Position numbers and translations under genes: made by a program | NCBI RefSeq assembly: GCF_009834535.1 | Contig: NC_045696.1 | Coordinates: 54,500,001-54,564,000, forward strand | Reading direction: 5' to 3' | DNA from: Camelus ferus | Taxonomy: Eukaryota | Length of the DNA stretch: 64,000 nt | The notes under the pieces: generated by a model | What the model was told of the DNA's origin: nothing | Database searches by the model: none | Seen by the model: the letters and a program-made list of their open reading frames with translations, nothing else | In this document: positions 39,401 to 51,100 of the stretch, piece by piece | Position numbering within the stretch: position 1 is the first letter of the stretch | Layout: each line of letters starts with the position of its first letter

Positions 39401-39644
39401 CGGGGTAGTAGAAAGCAGGTCGACTCAGCCATGTCACGGAGTCTCTCATAAACAGTAATAAATTGTCATAGATTTCATTTCACATCTCAGCAATTCTGGC
39501 CCTAATGTGATGAGCAGAAAAGGATGGGGGTTGAGGGCCAGTATGAAGAGGGACAGTGAGATAGCATAAGCACCTGCTCTGTCCAGGCAGGAATACCTCT
39601 CACTCAGAGCTTAAAAATCCAGACAACAGAGATTCAATGAGGTG

Positions 39645-39830
39645 AGGTTCAATAGTGATAAGTACACTGACGTAGGAATCAGAAGTTATGGTCCTACCAG
39701 TTACCAACAGAGCCCCCTTGGGCAAGTTACCTAACCGAGGAAATAATGGCTACCTAGAAAGTGGTTGAAAAAAGGAAATGAGATTTAATAACATAAATGT
39801 ACATTGCCAGGGGTGAACAATGTTAGCTAA
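39645..39830 (+). mobile_element. MIR SINE
   Basis: 'ccttgggcaagttacctaacc...aaatgagatttaataacataaa...aatgttagcta'. Confidence 0.65.
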
Positions 39831-41556
39831 CTACAAGCCTGCAAGTCGACAATGTACCCATCACGTGCCAGGCACTATACAGATGCCCTAACTCTCAAAG
39901 AGCTGATGATGTAATAGGCATGAGAGAGAACTATAAATACACCTTTAGGAAACCTTTCAGTCACTGCCAGAGGAGAAACGAGCGCAAAGAGCTCTAGACA
40001 TATAGAGAAGAATACAGTTTGTGATGGAAGGCAGTATTAGTCTGTGGCCCTTTGACACATCATTAAGATCTCAACTTCCCTTAGGAATTTGTTAAATCAC
40101 TTGCACCTCAACACTGAAAATCTTCTTTGCCTCCTGGCTCCCTTAGTGAATATAATGCAGTGCCTGTAATTAATTATAAAAATAAACACTGTAATAATTT
40201 TCATGTCTGGGGCCATTATGTATTTTACCGTGCTGGTATTCTAGTAACTTGGTATGAACATCTAATTATAATTATTATTTGACATTTACATGAACTCTCC
40301 TTAAGGGAACTTTTTAAAATATTGACTAAAAATCAAAGTACTTGTTCTTAAGTTAAGTAAGCAGATCAAAGGGAGATGGGAAAGCATTAACTCACTTGAT
40401 TTTTATTCATGTGTACTATACTATGTATGACTGTGTATGCATATCTATAAAATACTAGAAATGATATATTATTATATTATATAAATAGTGCTTACATTTA
40501 GAAAGCACCTTAATCATTTCTATCCTTCTTCTCATTATATGATTATTGATTCCTCAAGAAGCAACAAATGTTATCCTTTCCATTGTATAGGTTAGGACAT
40601 GAAATTTGGGAACACTCGATTTGGAAACAGTTCCAGAGTCTGAGTCCCAGGACTCATGTTGACTAATTCACTGCTATCAATGCCCCTGGCTGCTATTGGC
40701 CATTACACTGCTTCTACTGGAGAGCTGTACTCCTGGAGTTCCTAAAACAGTATCTTAAATGCCTTAGATACTCAATAAATACTATGAGTGATTGAACAGA
40801 ATTGGTTCTTGCAATCATCTTACTCCACCTAATGAAGAAACCACTACTTTATAAAATTATCATCATTAGAAAAGTCTGAGGAAATTTCACTGGACAGTTT
40901 GGAGATTAAAAAAAGAAAAACTAAACGTGTCTAAAGTATACCAAGTTCTCTAATATGTACATACAATTTAAATTTAAACATAGTTATAAAATACCCTGGA
41001 TTTAGTGGGGGGTTTTTTGTTTGTTTCTTTTTGCTGGGGGCAGGGTGAAATGCTATCTTCAGAGTATCAGCAAAATACCCAACTATCCAGTGAAAAATTC
41101 AGAAAATGTTATAAATGTTTTACCTATGCAATGCCAAACTACATACATATTTGTAACTATTCACCAAACTGTACAACTTTCATCTGAATATTTTAAATTG
41201 TATATATGAGTCCAAGCCTAGTGTATCCAGCCTTTAGTATATACATACATGGAAGATACAGCTAGTTACTCACACCTATGCGTTTCTTTATTTAACGTAT
41301 GATCAGACAAAAACTGCATATATCTTGGGGCAGGATGGGAAGAAAGAGGTCCCTGGTCAAATGTCAAGAAGACGCAGGACCCCTTGGAGTATAAAAAACA
41401 CATCATGGGCTGTGCATCTGGACCCTATGTCATGCTGGCTGCTCAACATCTTAAGGTTTGTCTGTAAACATCTGTTTTCTGTTATTATTTGGCACTTACG
41501 TGGAATCTTCCTTTATAGTTTCACAAAGGACTTTCTGAAGTATGGCTCTGGTTATC

Positions 41557-41673
41557 TTTTTTTAGGGAGGTATGACTAAGTTTATTCATTCACTTTTAGT
41601 GGAGGTACTGGGGATTGAACCCAGGACCTCATGCATGCTAGCCATGCACTATACCACTGAGCTATACCCTCCC
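41557..41673 (-). mobile_element. tRNA(Ala)-derived SINE, camelid vic-1 type
   Basis: Minus strand GGGAGGGTATAGCTCAGTGGTATAGTGCATGGCTAGCATGCATGAGGTCCTGGGTTCAATCCCCAGTACCTCCA with Pol III A box (TAGCTCAGTGG) and B box (GGTTCAATCCC), then an AT-rich 3' part and A tail. Confidence 0.9.
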
Positions 41674-42759
41674 TTAAACTACTGACTTGAACTTAAACTT
41701 CTTATAAGGCGTGCATCACCATAAGAGCAAATCTGACTCATCTATGACATGGTTGACTCTTGGTATCTTTCAAGATGTATTTTAAATATACGATATTTAA
41801 CATCACTTAAAATCCTGGTCCCATCCTTCCTCTTCAGCTTTAACTTCTGCTACTCACCAATAAGCTTCCTGATCCCTTGAGCATCCACTCAGACCTGCAC
41901 TGCCTGAACACTCATGGCAGTAGATAAACACATATGGCTAATAGGAACGGCTTTGCAGGTTTGCTGACTATTCAACTTTACTTAGTACACAGTTAACAAA
42001 AAATAATCTAAAAATAATTGGCTATTTTTTTCTGTCATAGGGTACATATAGTTGGAATTTAAAAGCATTGAATTGAATATATTGGTTGAAAGAAATGATT
42101 TGGGGGGCAATCATCTATACAAAGGGCCCCCCTCTCCCACACACACACACAAAAACAACTATTTTTGTAGGACCGTATAAACATTTTAAGTAAAACAACC
42201 AACTATTTTGAAGGAAGTATGAGAAATGCTAAAAAAGGTTGAAAGAAGTAGGATCTACTACACTTATTTTTTTCTAAGAAGATAACCACAAAGCATCAGG
42301 ACCCAACAGTCACTGACAAAGATGCATAGCCGCCTCTGGAAACATCATCCAGGGGCTAAGGGAAGAGCCAGGCACTTCATTTTACTCTATCTACTGGTTC
42401 GCAGTATTTGGATTTGTAGCCATGGCTTCACCCTTGCCAAAGGCTCCATGCTGTACGTTGTCATTCACACTGCCAGACGGCCACGTCTGCCAGGATTTAT
42501 GGCTACCATGCTGCTCGATCATCGCTAAGAGCAGATGGCTGGGCTGAGGGGCAGCAGATTGCCTGAGGGCAGAGACAAGGGTGTTGAGTGGGAGAGAACA
42601 TGGTGGCCATAGGGACATGCTTCATTCTTTAATGAGCCTGGAAAAGCTGTCTTTTGTGAACTTCTCCTTTCCTTAGAGGCTTTAAGCAGGTAAGGTAAGA
42701 TTCCTGGTAAGCTTCAGGAAGCTTGGGAAACTCCTCAAATTGAATACAAAAACGTTAGG

Positions 42760-42786
42760 CAAAAAACAAAAAACAAAAAACAAAAA

Positions 42787-42829
<43 letters not shown>
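42760..42829. repeat. (CAAAAAA)n followed by a pure (TA)~20 microsatellite
   Basis: Seen directly. Confidence 0.95.
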
Positions 42830-42834
<5 letters not shown>

Positions 42835-43289
42835 GCCCCGGAGAGATCTAACTACATAGGTATCTAAAGAGAATCTTGACTTCTCTCCCTCTACTTGAAA
42901 GTATGTCATGTTTATATCCATATTGCTATATGATACCAAGAAGTCAATTTTGAAACATCTGAATTGTTTCAATTATTTACCCTTACAGAATCACATACTT
43001 AAATTCTTAAACAGGTTGATGTAAATATAAAAAGGAAACTCACTGGCTACATCCACACTGGATGCTGTGGGTAGTGTCATCTTGGTACAGTAGAAGGTAA
43101 TGAGGGGGGTCTTCACAACAGTGGAAAGAAAAGAAGAAAGCTACCGTATGCTCCCCGCTACTTAACCTTCCATCACAGATAAGGGAGTATACTAGGGAAA
43201 GAGGAAATAAAAAGGGAATTCCAAAAAGAGATGTGAGCCAAGTTTCAAGCCAGTTATAACTCCATCCTATCACTCTTCCACGTTACCAC

Positions 43290-43535
43290 CTCTGGAAGGC
43301 TCTCCCCAGTGTCAACATCCATAGTTGAGATGGTTTGCCTTCCTCAGTGCTTCCAAGACACTCAAATCCCATCTCTAGCACTGCACATATCAGGTCCTAC
43401 TTACCTCTTTGCATGCCTGTTCTCCTTTCTAGACTATGAGCTTCCTGAAGGTACAAATTTTTTCTTCATCATTTCTGAATCCATGGTGCCTAATATGCAA
43501 TAGATTCAATAAAAGTGGTAAACAAATGTACAAAA
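43290..43535 (+). mobile_element. L2 LINE 3' end
   Basis: 'ctagactatgagcttcctgaaggtacaaa...catggtgcctaatatgcaatagattcaataaaag'. Confidence 0.7.
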
Positions 43536-43854
43536 TAAGACCTTTCTAAGAGCTTCACTGTTACTTAATGATACAACTGGACTAGAAGTACAATCATGCT
43601 CAATGTGCAGCACAAAAGCACGATGCAATCTCTGTATAGGCGTTCACGTACAGTTCTAGATTCAGGAAATGCAGTCCATCATACTGAAGCTGGGGTTTTG
43701 GGGAGGTAAGGAAGGAGGGGATAAAAAGATGGGCAATTTATGTTAGTGGCTTGGGATTCATTTACTACTTTTTTAGTTTTTTTTAATCCATCAAAGTACT
43801 CTATATTTTTTATTGCAACATTAATAGAAATTATACACTTGAATTTCCAAAACT

Positions 43855-43990
43855 ACAGTCCATGTTTTTTTCATATAAGACAACTGAAGCCCAGAGAAGG
43901 GAAGTGACTTGTCCAAGTTCGTGGCAGGACACAGAACCCAGAAGCAGCAGCCTTAGGTCTCCAGAGCCTTTGTCTTTTCACAATATCCAG
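43855..43990 (-). mobile_element. MIR SINE core
   Basis: 'aactgaagcccagagaagggaagtgacttgtccaag...agaaccca'. Confidence 0.75.
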
Positions 43991-44517
43991 TTGCTATAAT
44001 ATTTTAATGTACATCCTGGCATGCAACAAAATAAATTATCAGTGGTAACCATAACACTAACATTGTCAAGCCTTTTGAAACATTCTAAACTGTGTCAGTT
44101 AATTGTACAAATCTCTCTGGTTCTGCATCTTCCCGTAGGAGTTTAGAGGTTTTAACATTGCCAGGAATAGAATAAATCCAGGATAATAAAGATGTGGCAG
44201 AAAAACAAACACTGTGCTTAGGGGGGTTAGGAAACCAGATTGAATACAGTAAAGGGTACACTGAAGACAATGTGTAATTGGTAAATCAGGATGACAAGGC
44301 TGGCGTTCCTCCCCATCTGTGTCTGTTGGCATGGCTCCCCACACTGCCTCTCTGAATTGTCTGAGCAGGTCTACAGCGTGCTGGAAAATGCTCCATTACT
44401 CTTTGTACCTGTAGATGCAAAGCCGTCATGTGGTGCATCCCAGGGGTGAGAATTCTACCACCAGTGTTAGCAACTGGAAAGAATGGAGGCATTGTTCAGG
44501 CAATACAGCAACAGTCT

Positions 44518-44731
44518 CTGATGTTTTAAACAAGGACTGGAACCACTTACTAGGACTGTTTGGGAATGCATGGGGGGCATTTCTGATTCTCCCAGTAACT
44601 GAAGGCTTTTCTGCTGGTATTGAGTGACTAGGAATGCCAGATGCCCTGCCACGTGTGGGTGGGGGGAGTCCTGCACAACAACGAACTGGCCTACCAGACA
44701 TGCCAAAGCATCCCCACCTTGAGAATCACTG
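44518..44731 (+). mobile_element. MER20-family hAT-Charlie DNA element
   Basis: 'tttgggaatgcatggggggcatttctgatt...cctgcacaacaacgaactggcc...ttgagaatcactg' resembles MER20/MER20B. Confidence 0.7.
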
Positions 44732-46339
44732 AGAGTATTCTCAGCTTGTGTGTCCTCCAGCAACTCAGACAAGGGACCCTGAGAAGCTTGAGTCAAGCTT
44801 CAGAGATGGGAGTGCTCCCAGGGCTTGCCTTCCACTTGAGTAAAGGTTAAGAATTTGGAGGAGATGCAAAGTACAAAACAGAGTTCTTTTTGGTGGACCT
44901 GAAGGTATTATAAGTGATTTGGTAAAGGAAGTCTAGACAATGTCACTCCTGAACAGTCAAAGAACTATTGAAAGCATAGAGGTCCCCTATTATTAACGTG
45001 AAAATTCTAGTGTGTAAAAATCTTTAAAGAAAGTAAGGAGACCAGGGTGCCACCCCTAAAGCAAAGTCAGAGTATAACCAGGATATATGAGATAGATAGA
45101 TAATAAAATAAGATAGATGATAAGATAATAAAATAAGACTACTGGTTGAACAGATTTTAACTCAAGTGAAGATAAAGAGATATGAAATGAGGGTGTAGAA
45201 ATCACAAGAGAAAGATATATAGTAGGCAGTAGGAAATGTAAAAATGAGTATAGATGGGAGAGAACCTGTTCCTCAAATAATTTAGATTCTAATAGGTAAA
45301 CAATGAGTAAGATATTTAGGGAACACCTATAACTCTTGGGCTGGATTTTGAAAACTCCAATGAATTAGATTTAGAACAATGGAGAAGTGGAAGAAAATAT
45401 TCCATGCAGCAGAAACACTGAGTTAAGGGCAGACTCTGCCTATTTCCTCTTCCTCATCATCCATGCTCTACGGCTCCATTCATAACGCCTCTATTTCCAA
45501 AACCTTTTATGTTTCTAGCCAATTCACACTAGGCTGTACCACACAGTTCAGAACTAAGTTATATGCTGTCTCAGTCATTCTGTAGTTTTATTATGTAATT
45601 ATCTCTTGTCTCCTGAGACACACGGTAATCACCTTGAGTGTAGCAAAAATTGTACCGTCTCTATTTTTGCAGCTTGCCCAGTCACATATAGAACTAGGCA
45701 TGCAGCTCATCAGACACATATTGCCTAAAGGTTTGTTGACTTGAATAGAAGAAATACGAAAATGAGGGACAAAGACAGAGATAGATGAGTTGTCAAGAAA
45801 GACTGCCATTGCAGTGGATACTTGAAAGTCACTGCAGCCATCATAATGCTTCAGAATCCCGCATTGCACCTTGCACAAAGTAGGCACAAAATGAGTAGTT
45901 ACTGAAGTTAATTGACAGGAGAACTGGTGTTTTTTACGGAATTTCTATGATCTTGGTATTTCTGTGATTTCCAGGAAGCTAGACTGCTTCTGGGAAATAT
46001 GTCATTTGTATGGGAGAGATCTGTAATTTTCTGCTCAATGATTGGCTCCTTAATAATGGAGGTCACAGAACCTCCATTATCTTGCCCTAAATTGACCCCT
46101 TTTACTGCCATGACACAGGATTAATCAGGGTTGACCTTTCTGGAACAACCATGGATTGGTGAGAGAGAGAGCATCTTTGTCTCTTTCCTTAGAGTTTTGA
46201 AGTCACTGACACTGTCCACCCTGCTCTCTCTGGTCCCATCTCAAGAAGAGGCCAAGATAATGGCTCTCATTCATCCCTTACCCACATATTTTTGAACACT
46301 GCTCGTTACAATTTGCTGCACTCTCATTTCACATCTCTT

Positions 46340-46460
46340 TACTCCCACTCCAGTTAAAACTGATTTAACCAGGAGTCGTATTCTTCTTATCCACTGTAAC
46401 CAAAGTACCTAGCACAATTACAGGCACATAGTAGACACTCAGTAAATATTTGTTGACAAA
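46340..46460 (+). mobile_element. L2 3' terminus
   Basis: 'gtacctagcacaattacaggcacatagtagacactcagtaaatatttgttga'. Confidence 0.8.
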
Positions 46461-49400
46461 AATGGTATGCCTTTTTAAGAAACTGCCTTTTTTACATTCC
46501 AGTGCTCATTTATTTCTGGATCAGGTTATGTGCTTTAGTAATGTGGATTCTGAATCTTCTCTTAGGCTCTTCTACACAGAAGTGCCGATCTTAAAATAAT
46601 TGGTTTTGGGTCTTTTAACATTCTGTGTTTCCAATTCTTTTCACCGCCTGCATGGCTAAACCAACACATGGTCTTGTTGATCCACTATCAGTAAAGTGGG
46701 AATTAGCTTATCAGTGGGGCGTATTTCCTTTTCTATTTGTAATACCTTTAGCCTAAACTTGGAAAGGTGGGGTAAGAGGACCTTAATTAGCTGGTTCTAT
46801 TTTGTGCAGGGTGTGTCTGTATCGGGAAAGCGATACAGAGGATATTTACATGATTCAAGTTTAAGTTGTGTTCCCTGTCAATCGGTTCCAGTATGTTCAG
46901 GGCATCCTGGGGAGGGCAGATAAAGAAACCGATACACTTCGGTTAGGATCTTTGAACGAAGAAGAGAAAAACTGTTATTCATGAAAATCAGACTTCACTC
47001 TCTTTCTAACCTACCCTTCTTTTCCCGCCAAGTCACTCCTGGCAACCAGCTCAGGAGGGAAGCCTAGAGAGTGAGAGCGAGAAAGCAGTGACTGTGTCAT
47101 CTGCAATTCATTTCAAAGAACGGTGATGTGAGCACACATACATTTAAATATTTGAAAAGCATCTTTTAAAATGAGTATCAAAATGACAAATAATCTAATT
47201 CAGAGAAAAATGCCCCAGCGTTTCCCTATCTCCCTTTTCTCATGATGGAGATAAATCCCAGATGAACCTCCAGACAGCAGAGGGAGTGGGAAAAATACTA
47301 GTAATCACAAGCACAATAGGAAAAGAAACGTCTGCAGAAACCTGCTCGCTGGAAGAACGGGGCCTCGGGTCTTGACTGCTGCCAGCAAGTACGAGACCCG
47401 AACACAAGAGCTTTCTGGGCTCTGGGGTGGCTGGCTTAAATGGGGAGGTGGCAAGAGGCTTGTTTACTTTGGATTTCTTCTACTGATAGCCTGAACTTCA
47501 AGGGATTTGGAAGTTTGATTCGGATTAATGTTCAAAGGCTAGGCGGCCTCTCACAATCCATCCAGCCCACTTATGTATGTAAAACTACAGGGGGAGTTTC
47601 AGGAAAGTAAGCTCTCTAGGGAGACTCCCAGCCTTGCTGCCAGAAATCAGGGCAGAAGCCAGCCAGCCAGATGAAATGCCAGCCCTAATGAATCTTTCCC
47701 TGATTATGACCAGAATCTCAAAGTACTGCGGGCTATGGAAGAGAAGCAAGGGCCAGTGAGACTCCGGGGCACTTCTGAGTCCGGGCTTGAGAGCAGGAAG
47801 GGTGAACGGACTTGAGCTCAGAGAATTCGGGAATCAGCTTCTTCATCAAACCTGCAGAGCATAGGGGTCACGGATTTGGAAATTCCAGAATGCCACCCTG
47901 CCACCTGAGCTGCCTGCCTGCTCTTCCGCTGTGTGTCTGGTGGCTAAAACTAGGGCAGCACAGCTCCAGGCAGAGCCCAGACAGTCACCCAGCTGCGATG
48001 TTATTTTCAATACAAGTTTGTGTGTTGCCTCTGAGAAGGGCTGTGAGAAGTACCAATGAAATGAACGCCATCACTTTGAGTAGAGAATCTGCATAAATCA
48101 CTGTCCAGTACATTCATTCCTAGTGACAGATTAATTCCTTTCTTAGGTTTTGCTTAAGAGGGTACCACGGAATACTAATACTGTTCCCCACAGAGAGAAA
48201 GACAGAGGGAGAAAGGAAGGGAAGAGAGAGAGGAGAGAGACACACAGAGAGAAAGAAACTCAGATTTCCCTCTCAGCCGGGTAAAAAACAGGATGACAGT
48301 GTGTTAAAAGAGGAGGGGTTTCCAGTTTGCCCAGCAGAGGAAGTTCACGTGGAAATTGTACTATAGGGTGGAGACTGCAGGGAAATCCTAGCCACTCACA
48401 TTGTGTCTCTGCACTCTGAAAAGCTATAGGACGTGGGCTGACACTGTAAGCTATTCTGGGAGCTCAGCATTAGTCCATTCTCAGCCTCTCCCTGCAGGCA
48501 GGAGGAGGGTATCATCTATGGAGGGACAACGAAGCACAGGATTTGATGTCACTCAATTTGAAAGATGTAAAGGCAAACATTCCCCAGAAGGACTCCCTGG
48601 AAAACAGCTCTGAGCCACATGCCAAGTTCATAGAAATGTAAGACAGGGGAAGGAAGCCAGGAAGGAGGGGGACCAATTCACCTTCCACGACAGGTTCCTC
48701 CCTGGGCATGTTTCTGAACCTGCACCTGAAAAATGACTGTGATGGTATTTGCAGTTTATCAAGTCTTCCAGCGGAGGTGTCAGGCACAGAGAACTCACTT
48801 GTCACTCCAACATCTCCTGGCATTTGCTAACCACAACAAGGAATGGAGGGCAAAAGGATTACAGAATTAAGCGGCACTGGTACAGCAGCTGGCGAGGGGC
48901 TGAGATTTAGCTGTCACTTTGAGGAAAACTCCATTTCATTTTGTGATTTGGAGTTACAACAGGGGGAGCCGGGCTGGGCCAGCCTTCAGCCACATTCACA
49001 GGGGAACTTCAGAGGGACTTTCAGCTTGTCGAGGAGTTGCCAGCTGCCAGTTTGCTCCATCAACTCACTTCCCCTCTAGGTGTGGAGGAAAATCCACCCC
49101 ATCTCAGTCAGGTCCAATTTCACCACTGCCCTTGCTCAGGCGCCTTGACTTTACTGAAAGGTTCTCCACGAACTTTCACAAATCCACAGTTGCACCGTTA
49201 CCTGGAATGCTGCTCCAAGACCTGTGTGCCTGACACATCTCTGCTTCTCCATTAAGACCATGTAACCCAGCATAAGCATCACCTCTTAACACCTACCTGC
49301 TGCCACCAAGAAGTCTTGAGCCATCTTACTTAATATGCTCCCATGGTACCCAATCACCACTGGGTCTGAAGTTTTCCACTGTGTTTGCTTTTCCACAGGA

Positions 49401-50564
49401 CTGTAAGTTTCTTGAGGGGGTAGAATGAGCTGTACTATTTAACAAACTTTATTGAGAATCATCTTTCCCTTGTACTGAGGAGAGATACAAGGGTGAATAG
49501 TTCAAAGCCCTAATACTCGGAAGAGGGCCTAACACCTGGTATGGAATCAATACATAATGTTTAGAAAATAAAAATAAAAGGATTTTTATTCTAGTTTCTC
49601 ATAATCCAATTAAAACATGTCCAGCTACATGTGAAAGTTGAAACCTAACTGTGTATCAGCAGGGCATGGTGCTTTACTTTGGTATTTATGTATGTGCGCA
49701 CGTGTGGGTACATGTCTGTATTAATTTGGTTCTTTGATCACAGTGAAATAGGTTATGGGAGCAAATACCTCACATAATCTCATTTGCTACCCAGCCTTCC
49801 ATTCAAATAAGCTAGAAATGGGGATTCAAAAAAAAAAGACTGGGACAGAAAATTGAGTCAGGGCTTAAGAAACACACACAAGGGTCAGCAAATTGGTGAT
49901 GATAAATAGTACAGACCCTTCCTTGTTTTGTTTCTTCAGTTCATGATGTGTGCAAGGCCCACCTTTATTTACTCATTTTTCTATAGAATTCCCGAAATAA
50001 GAAAATAAACAGTCACATGCAACTTACTTGATAGGGTTTTCAACCCAGGACTGATAATCCTGCTATTAGAAACCTACTGCACTCAGTGAATCCCTCATCC
50101 TCCTCTGTCTAAGTAATTGCTATTCACCGTGTTTTCATCCTTGTGACAAGCACATTTTGATTTGAATTTTTCATTAAACAGAATTTTTCCTCATGTTCAG
50201 CTTTTAAGAAAAAAACAGATAAATCACAGTAAAAGAAGCTGGTGTCAGGGATTTATTGAAAAGATTAACTTTCAGGTATGGCTTATATTGGTAGAGATTC
50301 AACTCAATCCTTTGGCATTTTCTCCACGAAAATCCAAAGTGAGAAATTTGATGTTGAAAATGAAACAAATCAACACCTTCAAGACTTTAAAAAAAAAAAA
50401 AAGAGTCATTGTACCATGTGTCATGTAGTTAGGCAGGGAAGTAGACAAATCCTTTATTGAAAATATTTTCATCACAAGGGTTAAAATGAAAACGAAACTT
50501 TATTTAATGCTCAGTTAATTAGCAATCCTAATTAACCAGGCCATTTGACTTTCAAAATCCTCTT

Positions 50565-51100
50565 TTCCATTCATACACTGATTCATTCATCTAACATCTC
50601 TTGGTGCTGTAAGCCAAGATTGGGGAGAACAACCACGTGGCTCCTCCTCTCAGGACACCCACAGACTGGAGAGGGAGAAAACATTACAACAAAAAATGTC
50701 AAGACACTATGTGACATACACAACTTGGAGCAAAGTTCAGTGGTAGCATAAGAGACAGAAAGTATGTAAGAGAAGGGGACTTAAGGGAATTTTTCCAAAG
50801 ATGCAGTATTTCAGTTAGACCTTAAAAGATGAGAGAGAACTTCTCAACTGGACGAGAGAGGAGGAGTAACCATTCTAGTTTAAGGACTCAGAGATGCCAA
50901 GAATAGAATCCAGCAACTGCAGGTGCCTTCGGGGAGCTGAAAGTTATTTTACATGGTTGGAGGGGGGAAAGTGGGTTGAAGTTGGTATTGAAGGTAAAGG
51001 GATGATAAAGACCAGATCACAAAGAGCCTTGCACACTTAGAAAGGGTTTTATAATTGATACTCCAGGGCTCGACAATAACATTAATCAAGGATTTAATCA
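50565..51100 (-). mobile_element. L2 LINE fragment
   Basis: 'cattcatacactgattcattcatctaaca...tttcagttagaccttaaaagatgagagag...accagatcacaaagagccttg'. Confidence 0.65.

Noticed and set aside
41600..41673. tRNA-Ala gene
   Set aside because: Stem mismatches and a SINE-type 3' extension with A tail indicate a tRNA-derived SINE.
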